Of a stretch of 64,000 bases of DNA, positions 1-41,629 are shown piece by piece. Under the pieces are notes generated by a model. The model was not told where the DNA came from. It was given only the letters and a program-made list of their open reading frames with translations, and did no database searches. How positions within the stretch are numbered: position 1 is the first letter of the stretch; each line of letters starts with the position of its first letter. The position numbers were made by a program, and so were the translations under genes. The DNA is from Podarcis gaigeae. Taxonomy: Eukaryota. The stretch lies in assembly GCA_964106915.2 (NCBI GenBank), contig OZ066919.1; one strand, given 5' to 3'.

Positions 1-599
1 CTAGGTTAACACATCCCGGGCAACATGGTTTACCAATCAGCGTTTTTCTCAAGATCTCATATGCATTGAACACCACAGTCTGTTTCAAGAACTGGTGCAA
101 CATTGTGAAATTTGGAGCTCCAAGCTTTTGGAGGTGTGTCTCCCCCCCCCCCCCATACAAATAGCCTAACAGAAAATTATGGTACTTCTGAGAATGAGCA
201 GAGAGGGGCAGGGTTGACCAGACATTGTGGTTTCCAGATCTGATCCCCATTTCCTTTCATTATATGTAGTGGAAACAATTTGATAAAGGATTAGAGCAGG
301 TGGGGCCAAAGCCATGTCCTCCAAATGTTGATGGACTACAGTTCCCATAATTCTTGGCCACCAACCTTGGTGGCTGATGGGAGTTGGAAGTTCAGCAACG
401 TTCAGAGGGCACCACATTGGCTACTTCTAGAGCAGAGGAATGGCCAGATTTGGGAAGGAGGGCAGGGGAGATTGTGCAGGTAATTACTTCAAATGTAAAC
501 ATCTGTTCATACACGTCCATAAAAAACAGTGCACATTCACAAGAATGCAAACACATAAATGGTAATTTCCAGATTATTCAGTATGATGCTCACTAAAGC

Positions 600-930
600 T
601 AGGGATGCCATACGTCCGGAATTTCCCAGGCATAGCCAGTATTCAGCCCTCTTAAACAGCATCCGGGTGAAAATTGATGAAATGTCCAGGAAAATCCGGA
701 CTTATGGCAGCCCATGTTGGAAGTGTAGATTTTGGCGAATTTTGTTCAAAAACCCTTTTTAAAAGAGATTTTGCAAAAAAAAAAAGCTCAACAACTTTGG
801 CCCGAAAAAGCTCAACAAGGTTTCATAGTCCTGATATTTATAGCAAAGTACCCCAAAGTTTGCCAACCCAAATAAGCAACAAGGACTTTTTAAGTATTTG
901 CTGTTTTCACAACTTTGGTGTTTGAACTAT
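600..930. mobile_element. hAT-like transposon end fragment
   Basis: TAGGGATGCCA-type terminus with subterminal TCCGG repeats; related sequence at ~54745-54850. Confidence 0.4.
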
Positions 931-1117
931 CAAATGTCAGCCTAGCCTACCTCTCAGGGCTGTTGTGAAGATAAAAGGGGAAAGGGAATAGGGAATACTG
1001 GATGGAATCCCATGTCACAGGGTGACAAATACCCCACCTGCACAAATATTTCAGCTTGCCAGACACAATGATCCCCATTTCTCCCCGCCCCCAAACCACC
1101 GTAAGCTGCTGCAGTTA

Positions 1118-1980
1118 CCGTATTTTTCGCACCATAGGGTGCACCGGACGATAGGGCGCACCTAGTTTTGGGAGGTGGAAAACAAGAAAAAATTATTCTG
1201 AACCCCAGAAGCCAGAACAGCAAGAGGGATCTGGCTTCTGGGATACCGTGTGACTGTTCTGGCTTCTGGGGTAACCGCACCAAGCCTCTTCAGGGCAGCG
1301 GGATGAAGGCTCCCCCTGCCCAAAGAGGCTGCGCAGGGCTAAAGCAGAAGCCAGGACAGACGCGTCGCTGAAGGGGCACTGCGCCTTCTCTCTCTCTGCC
1401 CAGCGTCCCTCCTTCACAGGAGAGGTGCTGCGCAGAGAGGGAGAAGGGGCATCGCCCTTCAGCGAACCTGGAGAAGGAACAGGAGACCCATCTGTTCCTC
1501 CTCCGGCTTCGCTGGACAGGCGTGTTGCTGAAGGGGCGCTTCTCTCTCTCGCTCTGCGCAGTGCCTCTCCTTCGCAGGCTGCCGCCCCAAGCCTCGCGCG
1601 CCCGGCGGGAGCTCCTGCCGGGCGCGCAAGGCTTGCAGACACTCGCCTCCGGAGGGCTCCCTGTGCTTCGGGCAACAGGCTGCCGCCCCAAGCCTCGCAC
1701 GCTCGGCGGGACCTCCCGCTGGGTGCGCAAGGCTTGCGGACACTCGCTGGGGCTGCAGGCTGCTGCCCGCAAGCCTTGTGAGCCCGCGGGAACTCCCACC
1801 GGGCTTGCAAGGCTTCCGGATAGCTTCCTGAAGCCTGGAGAGCGAGAGGGGTCGGTGCGCACCGATGCCTCTCGCTCTCCAGGCTTCAGCGAAAGCCTGC
1901 ATTCGCACCATAGGACGCACACACATTTCTCCTTCATTTTTGGAGGGGGGAAAGTGCATCCTATGGAGCGAAAAATACGG
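1118..1980. mobile_element. Non-autonomous Tc1/mariner-superfamily (Tc2/pogo-like) DNA transposon with GC-rich internal repeats
   Basis: TA|CCGTATTTTTCGC...GCGAAAAATACGG|TA terminal inverted repeats with TA duplication. Confidence 0.8.
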
Positions 1981-2974
1981 TATAAGGTATTTTATTGTTT
2001 TTGTCAATTCATTTTGTATGCATATTTGTGTATTGTTGTGTTTGATGATTACCCGCTTCTCACTGGCAGGTCCCTGGGCATGTTACCAACATTTAAAGGT
2101 CAATGTTAAAAACAGTTAAAAGTGTCACAGGAATAGAGTGGGTCCTGAAAACCCCACCTCTCAGATGTTGAGAGCTCATTAATGACAAGCAGACCAGTAG
2201 TGATGCAGGGGTGGGAAGGGAACATAGAAAATCAAAGTGGAGGGCCTGCAATAGCACCATTTTCTTTTCTCGGTAGGAAGGAAACCTCATTTCAAGGGAG
2301 TTGCTTCTGCATAAAACATACCGAAACCAGACATTCCTGTTGTGTTCTGTAAAGGGCAGCACACTGGTGAATGAATGAAGGAAATAACGTGGACATGAAA
2401 AAAGTGCTTCCAACAAACCTACCCCAGTATCCTTCCCCATCCAGCTTCTGCTGCTCTGGGAGGGACATGTGTGGGTCTGTGTATTCCTTCCTTCCTTCCA
2501 TTCCTTAGCAACAATGATTAAATGTCCTTAGCAATGGTGTTGCCTGCCAAGTGCTCAAACATTAGAGCTGTATCTGTGCATCGGGAGGTTTGGCTGAACC
2601 TTCATTACACACCTGTAGGCGCCTGGTGAAAATGTTCCTCTTCAACCAGCCCTTTGGCTGATTGGCATCCAATGCCCTATTGAATGGGTTGTTCTTGTTT
2701 TTACTATGCGTTTTGTAGTTTTTATATTGCAATTTTATGTTGTGAACTGCCCTGATATCTGATGTAGGGCAGTATACACATTTAATTGAAACTGCAGCAG
2801 CAAAGAATCGGGAGGGAGGGGGCTCCTGGCCTTAACCTCCCCCCATTATTATCCCTTTTACTTTCCAGCAGCCCTGCAAACACATACAGGGGCATACACA
2901 AACCCACCCACACTCCCAAGACAATATTTAGGACTCCACATCAACTATCCAGAGTATTAGCACTCTTTATTTTG

Positions 2975-3135
2975 GTACACAGGAAGCTGCCTTATACAGA
3001 GCCAGACCATTGGTTCATTCTAGACAAGTGCAATGACTATCCGTTGCCCTCTGGGGTTTCTTGCCCCAACAATACCTAAAGATGGCATAGATAGAACTTG
3101 GGACCTTATGCATGCAAAGCGGATGCTCTACCACC
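2975..3135 (-). mobile_element. Degenerate tRNA-derived SINE
   Basis: Reverse complement has a tRNA-like head (GGTAGAGCATCCGCTTTGCATGC...GGTCCCAAGTTC); similar to 48900-49090 and 61945-62125. Confidence 0.55.
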
Positions 3136-3258
3136 GAGATTAAAATTTTCCGAATTTTTTATTTTTAAAGGAAATCTTTCAATTAGACCTTGGGACTTGT
3201 AACCATAAAACACGAGTCATAAAACAGCAAATGAATAGAGTACAGAAAATTAACCCTT

Positions 3259-3264
3259 TTTATT
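3259..3264 (-). terminator. Candidate distal polyadenylation signal AATAAA
   Basis: Plus-strand tttatt at the end of the AT-rich UTR block, followed by U/GU-rich sequence in mRNA sense. Confidence 0.6.
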
Positions 3265-4691
3265 GATGCATTGCAATTGTTCTACATTTTTACCATATTA
3301 TGTAGAAAATACTTAAAATACAAGCTACTTTGTAAAACCAAAGACAAACATTGAATCCAAAGATAAACTATGTTTTCACAATGGACCATTTTCCCATATA
3401 GTTAGTATTAAATTTTTTTAAATATCTGTATTTCCTTTTGTTAAAATGATTTTTACATTACCCCCTAAGTACATTGGCAATACAAACATAGATCAGTAAT
3501 TGTCAGAAACTACCTTTATCTAGCGGATTGTAAAAAGGAAGAGCACAACCAGAAAAAATTTAAACTCTACACAGTAAACTAGCATATCAAATACATTTAA
3601 TAAAGTAGGAATTCCATTGCAATACCAAGGATTCAAGCAGAAATACTAACATTACATATAATGCACTGCTACATGTAGTGAGTTAGATAATAGTTCAAGC
3701 TGAATCTGAAATCACACATTATATAAAGTTTAGCAACAAACAACTATGTCAACATGCGGCACCATTCATAAGTTAAAAATGAAAATGAAAAAGCAGGGCT
3801 GTGCCAATCCAATCACCTAGAAGCAATTTAATTTCATGTATTTTTTAAATTAAAAAACTGAGTCAGAGGTATAGTGCTGCACTGGTCAACTATGTGCAAG
3901 CAGTAAAGCTCTGAAGTTGGTTTTGCAGTGGAGTATCAATAGCTGTGAGATGAGAGTTCAGCTGTCAGGGACAATACTAAGGAATTGGTTTCACTCATCT
4001 CAAGAGTGACTAGGTGAAACATTTTATCTTATTATAAAAAAGGCAAATTACTGTGCAACCCCCACCACCGGCTGCAGAACTGAACAGTTGCACACATGCA
4101 AGTCCCACAGATTTCAACAGGACTTGCACACATTCAGCTGCGTGCAAAAATGCAGCCCCAGCATTTAAGTCTTTAATTTTACGTAAAACGTTGCTTTTGC
4201 TAAAATAGTATGTTCACATATAGACTGCACAGCTATTGCCTTACATCTCTCCATCCGCAGGGAGGCAAGCTGGATATTGCAATGGGAGAAAAGGATAGGG
4301 CCTAAGGCCTAATTCTCACAAACAGCAAATGCAGTTCAGTGTGTGAATTGAGACTAACAAGAAGCCAATGTTGTGTCATACATCATTTTCTGCATGCTTT
4401 TGGGGGGGGGGCGCGGAGAGATTATAATTAGCTTGACACTTTTTATGTGCAGGGAATTATGCTTTTGGGGGTGTGGAGGTGGTATGCCAGAACATCCCAT
4501 CATCTGCACCCCCACCTACAGCCCAAAGTAAGAGGAATCCAGGCACAGGGTTTGCAACCACATCTGCTCTTTGTGAAAACAAGGCCTTGGTCGGGCAGAA
4601 CCATTAGAACAGGCCTGACTAGTTTCAGGGCAACAAAATGTTTATATATATATATATATATCTGGGACAATTCATCAAGGTTAGTCTAGAC

Positions 4692-4827
4692 CAGGCATAG
4701 GCAAACTCCGGCCCTCCAGATGTTTGGGGCTCCAACTCTCATCATCCCTCATCACTGGTCCTGTTAGTTAGGGATGATGAGAGTTGCGAGTCCCAAACTT
4801 CTGGAGGGCCAGAGTTTGCCTATGCCA
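4692..4827. mobile_element. Palindromic hAT MITE in the HIPK1 3'UTR
   Basis: CAGGCATAGGCAAACTC...GAGTTTGCCTATGCC, flanked by GTCTAGAC on both sides. Confidence 0.85.
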
Positions 4828-4995
4828 GTCTAGACTGACCTTGATGAATTGCCTCAGATATTAAAAAAAAACATTTTGTTGCTCTGAAACTAGCCAGAGC
4901 AACAAAATGACATTAAATGGTTCTTATCTCTTAAAAGGACAATTAAAGCCCATCAGAGTTACGGGATAAGAAGCAGTTCTAAAGATTGTCTAGAC

Positions 4996-5129
4996 CAGGG
5001 ATAGGCAAACTCCGGCCCTCCGGATGTTTGGGACTACAATGCCCATCATCCCTGACCACTGGTCCTCTTAGCTAGGGATGATGAGAGTTGGAGTCCCAAA
5101 CATCTAGAGGGCCAGAGTTTGCCTATGCC
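4996..5129. mobile_element. Second copy of the same palindromic hAT MITE
   Basis: Near-identical to 4692-4827; preceded by GTCTAGAC. Confidence 0.85.
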
Positions 5130-5238
5130 ATTAACTCTGATGGGCTTTAATTGTCCTTTTAAGTCAGGGGTAGGGGACCTGTGGGTTTCTTACATGCAAA
5201 ATGTTTAAAGCAGGAGGGGGGGGGAGGCCTGTAGCAAC

Positions 5239-5400
5239 TGGGTTTTAAAAACACTCAAGTAGTAGATTTCCAATGTAAAGATGGCTTTCAGTTAAAATTT
5301 TAGGGAAACTTTCAGACCAGCATTTTGAATTTACTTCCCTAAAATTTTAACTGAAATCCTTCTTTACATTAATCCACTGCTTGAGTGTTTTTAAAACCCA
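5239..5400. repeat. Inverted repeat, ~68-bp arms, ~27-nt loop
   Basis: TGGGTTTTAAAAACACTCAAG...TTTCAGTTAAAATTTTAGGGAA pairs with TTCCCTAAAATTTTAACTGAAA...CTTGAGTGTTTTTAAAACCCA. Confidence 0.9.
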
Positions 5401-5843
5401 ATTTCAAAAACACTTCAGGATTTCTGCGAGGTGCATTATGATTTTATCTCTTTGGGTGGAAAGGCACAACTCTGCCCTTAAAGGTCTTGCCATAGAATTT
5501 GGGGAGGAAAAATTAAAAATGGGTGTGGCACTAAGCAAGAAACCATTTTGATAATGTTACACAGCAACAGAAAGTGTTGTTGACACCAATGATGTAAAAA
5601 AAAAGAAATGCCTTTTTACTCTTTTCCTCTGTATTGATATCTTTTCCTCTGTATTAATCTTGGAAAAGATTAAAAAGAACTGAGAGCAAAAGTACAGTAA
5701 AAGGTTCACAGCTAGTTACGGTGTTAACCAAACACTCTCCTATTGCCAAAAACAACAGATTCCTCATTATAAAGGAAAACTGTAAGGCTTGTGGTCCACA
5801 AACTTAATGCCACTTTCCCCAGTAGGACTAAGATCACTGAAGG

Positions 5844-6463
5844 AAGGAAATGCACACCATCAGCACGCCAGTTTAAGTGTGCTTTTGTACCACACTTGAT
5901 TTTCTGGGTTCTGTCAAACTACTGTTTCATTTCATCACTGCCATTATCTAGAGAATGATCTTGTCCAAATGGAGAATAAACTGCCCTGGAGAGTGGTATT
6001 GCTACAGCAATAAAAGGCTTTGACAGCCTTGAAAACCCAGTTCGTATTCTGTCTAGTCTGGATCATAAGGCTAGTTAGTTTTGGTACATTACAAAGAATT
6101 CAGAAATGAAGAGCCCATTTCTGAAAAATGCATGATAGCATGCTATAGCCTTGCCCAAATGTGAACAGGGCAATAACCCTGACCCTACTGTTTCAGAAAT
6201 GGGCTCTTCATTTCTGAATTCTTTGTAATGTACTAAAACTAACTAGCCTTATGATCCAGATTAGACAGAATACAAACTGGGGTTTCAAGGCTGTCAAAGC
6301 CTTTTATTGCTGTAGCAATACCACTCTCCAAGGCAGTTTATTCTCCATTTCATCCTCTATACAACGACAGTGGTGAAGTGAACAGTAGTTTGACAGAATC
6401 CAGAAAATGAAGTGTGGTACAAAAGCTCACTTAAACTGGCCTGCTGATGGTGTGCATTTCCTT
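5844..6463. repeat. Long inverted repeat: arms 5844-6126 and 6191-6463, 64-nt loop
   Basis: Arms aligned by eye; roughly 90% identical with one ~10-nt indel. Confidence 0.95.
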
Positions 6464-9227
6464 ACAATACCAAGTGCTACAGCTCTCAAATCTTCCCCAA
6501 ACGCCACATTACTAGTGGTGTTAAATAAAACTTCAGAATATTATGTGCTTTCCAGCAGGCTCTCTTTGGTATAAAAGTTCTTAACACCAAACTAGTAATA
6601 TTTTACAAGAAACAATCTGCTACACACAAGGGGGAGAAATATGTCACAATATAATTTATGGGAAAGTAATTGCACATGCTTAATTACCTCTGCAACATCA
6701 GATAAATTTCCCAATGCATTCCCAGCACAATACCCTATTAAAGATGCATCGACAGCTAACAGTATAGGTAATATCGGGGGTGGGGTGAGGAAAACTTTAC
6801 TCCAAATAAAATACCTAGGACACAAACATTCGTGCATCACCATAGTTTATAAAGCCATGGTTTCTCAGATTCATGTATATGTAGATTTCCTCAATTGCTC
6901 AATATAGTTGTAAAGCCATGGTTTCTGATTCCCTGGTTTACTGACCGATAGTCAGCCATGACTTGTCCATTCAGACATAACACCAACCCATGGTTAAGAA
7001 ACAAAGTTTGGCAAAATGAATGGACAAGTTATGGTGATGCATGAATTGACAATGACTTAGTCACTGCTCTGCCTCCTTAAGACTGCTGAGCAATTGAGGA
7101 GGAAACCTACATACATGAATCTGAGTGCACAGAGGACAGAAAATAAACGCAGACAAGCAGCTCTGTACCATCAGTTTTAAACTATGGTTAGCAGAAACCA
7201 TGTTTGGCTTTGATGTCTGAACTGAGGCTATCAATTTCAGTTGGAATGTGTTTAGCACACCCTTAAATTTCTAGCTGAAATCAACAGACGTGAAATACTT
7301 AGCTCTGGCCAGATCATTTATGTTGGCATTGAAACTTAAAGCAACCTTTTTTTACCACTTATGTATCCTCAGTTGGATACGCTCAATGAATTGCTTCAGT
7401 TTGACGGAGAGCGGAGGGGCTTGCTGGTCCATCATAAGGCAAGCTCACTGTAAACTCTAGTCACACTACATAATCATTTAAGGCACTACATTATTTGGGG
7501 GTGGGGGTGGGGGACACACCAGTCACACATACCTGTGCAAAACAAATCAGAAGGTATCCTTGTCTCTCATGCGGCTCCATTTTTCTCTCTCTCAGTGCTA
7601 CAGTGATGAGCTCTAGACAATTGCATTATTTCACATACATTCCAACATGTATCAACTCATTTTGGTTTAAATACAAAGGAATAGATAAATTTCATCCCCA
7701 GAAACATTTAAGAGTTAGACGAACACGAAGTACAGAGTTCAAGTATAACCACTACACATTTTGATTACAAAGACAGAACATTTGGGATTAGCAGGAAATT
7801 TTGCTTGTTATATTTTGTTCTAATCAATATGTACATATTTCATTTTCTGTAAAATATTAAAACACCACCATTACAAAACTTCTAAAATAGTTTTAAATTC
7901 AGTAATAAACCTTTAAAATCTGCAATTTATGTGTCATGTTTTTGCAATTCCTACATGCACTTACTGTATACAAGTCTTAATAAGAGCGCTTTAAAGTTTT
8001 CTGCCAAGAAGATCCCAGAGGGATATGCAGGAGTATAAAAAATTGTACATATCAGTAGGTTGATGTTTTGGTGAATTTTGGATTCCTCAGATAACTAGAT
8101 CAGGAAATGAAAGATATGAAGGGAAAGAGACCCTTGCATTTCTGGGAAAGGAATCCAGCTCCAAATGTTATTTTAAAAAATCAAACTGAAAGGGTGTAAA
8201 TGTCTGAGCTCCTGATGAAGTCTATGGAAATGAACAGGTGATGCGTTATCTCCTATTCAATTCAGCAAGTCCCAATCAGAAGAAGTTCCCAGTGGCTCCT
8301 GCCCTCAAGTCATAATGCAAACCTATGCATTTTCAGCACAGAACAAGAGCTTTCCGGCAAAACAGTCAAAAACCATAGTCTAGGCTGTGATCACACATAC
8401 AGCAGAAAGTAAATTCATACTTTCTGCAGTTTTTTTTTTTAAATTCAACTTTATTTTAGCGATTCATACATTAAAATTTTAAAACAAGAGGGAAAAGATT
8501 TATGGTGTAAATGGAGACTGATAATAAAAATTGCTACACTAGCTTTAAACAAAAGACAATTAAAACCAAGAAACTGGGGAGCGAAATATATAGATATATA
8601 TATATACATATATAAAATATACACACAGAGAAATGAGAAGGTAACTGCTTTTGCAGAATTCAGCTATTGCCTATCAAGAATGTGAATTACAAAATTAACT
8701 TTAAAATACTAACTCAAGTTTATAAATCTGCCCTAGCAACCTAGAGTTAAATGTGCATTTTTAGTGGCAATATGGATTTGTGCAAGCTGCTAAAATAATT
8801 TAAACAAGTACTAAGGTAAGTTTAAGAGTTAAAAAAATCCAGCCTTTTCAGAAAGTCCTTGGTTTCCTTTCCCCATTTGATTAGGATAACAATAGCTTTA
8901 AATAAACGGGGGTTCAGGCCTTTGATGTTGTTTTTTTAAAGCATCCATGAAAGTTTAACTGTAAAATCTGAATGTGAATATGACTCAAAAGGTTCTGCCC
9001 GGTGTTTACCTGAGCTTTCCCCCAAACAGTAGGGCTCCACCAAGTGACAACCCGACTCTAGACAGCATATAGAGAATTGTCAACAAGAGGAAGGTGGTCC
9101 CATTATTCTCCTCCGACTCTGTAGATGTTCCTGTTGTGGAGCTGTTAGAATATTGCAAAACCCACTGCAGATCTCATCACTTCTACGATCAAGTTGAAAA
9201 CAATTACCATTAATCCCTGCCCAAGAG

Positions 9228-38649
<29,422 letters not shown>

Positions 38650-39675
38650 CTAATTAATGAATAAGCAATAAATATATCACACAACAAGAAATCACACTTG
38701 GGAATGAGCCAGATTCACAGCTCTCTTTACCCACTAAGTAATAATGGTGAGTGTGTGACCTCACCAAATGTTTCCCAAAGGTAACAAGGGAAATGGCTCT
38801 TTCCATAGATTGCCTACAGCTACACACAAACTGCCACATCAGCAGCCAAACAATATTACATTCTTGGTCACCCTGGCCAGCGAGTATTTATACATAGGGG
38901 GATCAGGAACAAAGAACAATAAAAAATATTTTTTGGGGGGTACAACTTTCCTGTAAGTGGTCAAATGCGTAGTTACAAGGAAAACTGCTGAAATGTTACT
39001 TTAAGTCAGGTGTAGGAAACATGCGAGTTAATAAAATGGCTTTGAGTAGATGTGCTGGTTAAAGTATTGTGGGGTTAACATTTGCATTAATTTGCTGTTT
39101 TATAGGTTCTATCATTTCCTTTATGCTCTACTACATACAACATGTGTAATCCACCTGACCACGACCAAACAAGTTGTCCATCCTACCTCTACCGAAATAC
39201 AAACCACCTACAATTAAGGACAGAAGTCACTATGTCGTCCCAATAATTACTCCCAAAGGATACTCCCCAACCTCACTCCTAGAAGCAAGTCATCCCTAAG
39301 GATATTTCCCAGATCCACAGCTTGACTGTGCTGAAAGTATTTAAAAAAAAAAAACCAACCAACTGGCTTTTAGTTCATTTCAAAGGTGCCTTGAGAACAT
39401 GGAAGTACAACTTAATGAAAACTAACACTGACTAGAAAACACTAACAAGCAGAAGGGAATATGCCTGACTTCACCATCAGTATTGCAAAAGGGACACCAA
39501 CACTGCCTTCAATTAAGCAATGTTAGGATCAGATGCTACTCATGACTGATGCTGATGAGCTGTAGCTTTACTGTTTATATTTTGCTAAATTTCAGTGCTG
39601 TGGTTCTGTGTGATAAAAAGAAATATACATTAAAGTATTAGAAGTAAACACTAGCAATTTCATTATGGAAGGTTA

Positions 39676-40007
39676 AAGGTAAAGTCGCGGACGACTTTGG
39701 GGTTGAACGCTCATCTCGGTCTATAGGCCAAGGGAGCCGGCGTTTGTCCGCAGACTGCTTCCGGCTCATGTGGCCAGCATGACTAAGCCGCTTCTGGCAA
39801 ACCAGAGCAGCACACGGAAACGCCGTTTACCTTCCCGCCAGAGCGGTACCTATTTATCTACTTTTACTTTGTCATGCTTTCGAGCTGCTAGGTGGGCAGA
39901 AGCTGTGACAGAGCAACGGGAGCTCACCCCGCCGTGGGGATTCGAACCACCGACCTTCCGATCAGCAAGCCCTAGGCTCAGTGGTTTAGACCACAGCGCC
40001 ACCCGCG
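39676..40007 (-). mobile_element. Sauria SINE
   Basis: Homologous to 14477-14834; target-site duplication TATGGAAGGTTA. Confidence 0.9.
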
Positions 40008-41629
40008 TATGGTATGGAAGGTTACCTTCAGATAAAAACATAAATGGTCTAACAGTTTATGTCTCAAGTGTCACAGAGAAAAGGCGGCAGGCTCCTACTG
40101 GCCCTTCAAAGTCCAGTCCAAATATTTGCTTGTTGTCAAGCCTATTTAGGGGAACAGATTTTAATCTGCAATGCCTTACAAAACAGGTTATGGACCAGCT
40201 ACCAGCAGCCCAAATAGCATGGCCAATAGCTGGAGGTGAGGGGAATTATAGTTCAAAGGATTAGTTCAAAACATTCAGAGGGTAACCTTTTGATCATTTG
40301 CTTTTACAGTGAAAGGAAAGTAAGGCTCAACAAAGGAGACTGGCAAACACTCTCTCCAACTTGCAGAGCCTGGATTTTAGAAACACGTGTTTTTAAAGAC
40401 TAACAGAGCATTTGCCAACAGCTATTCAAGCCACGTTTCCTGCAAGACCTTAGTAGTAGTGTGACACCAGACCACAGCCAATTCACACATGTTTCTTTTG
40501 ACTTTGACTAAAGTTCTCATGTTGCAAACTAGTTTCTCCATTTTGAAACAGTAGTTCATTCACAGAAGTGTTGACACTTTTGTGCCAGCTAACACTGAAA
40601 AGTTTGCTAGGAGTAGAAACAATGCCAATGAAGCAACTTATTCCATCAATACAATTTGACATTGTCCATAGAGGACAATGACAAGCTTCTGCTTGTGTCA
40701 TCATTCATAATGGCCCATGTAAGCCACCGCTTCTTTACTCACTGACCTGATTCACACAACACAAAGCACATGAACAAGCAAACATGCAGGTTCCCAAAGA
40801 CAAGACTGGTTGCTTTACTCCTCTTCTGAGCCCAATACTGTGGTTTGGCTTAGCCATTATGTCAAAATGCAGGCTTGCCGTTTTATTTCAATCCAGGCAA
40901 ACCATGGGCCATAGTTAATATTTATAGTTAATATTTATTCTATGGCTTACTACTCATGGTTTGTCTGGGGAGATAAACAGCAAGCCTAGGTTTGGACATA
41001 ATGCTAAGCCAAACTATGGTTTAGCTCAGAGCAGTGCAGCAACAGCATTAGAGAAGCAAAGGAGCAATGTTCTCTCTGCAAATTCACATGTTTGCTCTTT
41101 CATATTAAGCCATTGTTTGGCTTACTGCTACAAGTAATCTGGGACGGTCAAAAGAGCAGCTCTGGAAAAAGTGTATCAATTTACTTAGTAGGGAGTTCTA
41201 TGTAGGATTTTGGGTATGTCACTACATGCAGCTATGAAGACTGCCAAATTAACTCATTGTTGCCAGCGATGATGACACACTATCCAGAGGAAGTTACACA
41301 CACTTGAACAACCAATTTAAAGTATGCTTTGGTCTCTTTTAGACTGCACATATAGAATTCAAGTATGTCTCATCAGACATGTGGATTACCCCAACATGAA
41401 AACAGGGTGTTCCTTAAAATCTTTTGTGATGTGCTGGAAGACCAAGACAGGCAGAAAACAAGAAAACATGACACAGGACAAAAGCCTGAGCCAAAGCAGC
41501 CATTTCAAAACCCTGCATCAGATTGCCAACTGAAGTGACACACACATTACACAATATAAAGCTACCAATTCCTGGAAATAACAACTATCCTAAGTACTGG
41601 CAGCCTAATGTTCAACTGGCTATTCTATT

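Larger units (their letters stand above)
3240..9227 (-). other. HIPK1: Probable long (~6 kb) HIPK1 3'UTR
   Basis: AT-rich UTR-like blocks at ~7600-9227 and ~3250-4050. Pumilio-type TGTACATA at 7828-7835 (minus strand). AATAAA at the distal end. The extent is inferred. Confidence 0.65.

Noticed and set aside
1193-2109. Overlapping ORFs of 180-215 aa
   Set aside because: They arise from GC-rich repeats inside a non-autonomous transposon; no transposase motifs.
40835-41020. Imperfect inverted repeat as a structured RNA gene
   Set aside because: Similar degenerate motifs recur elsewhere (for example ~6950-7220 and ~33070-33210), so it is probably an ancient palindromic MITE.
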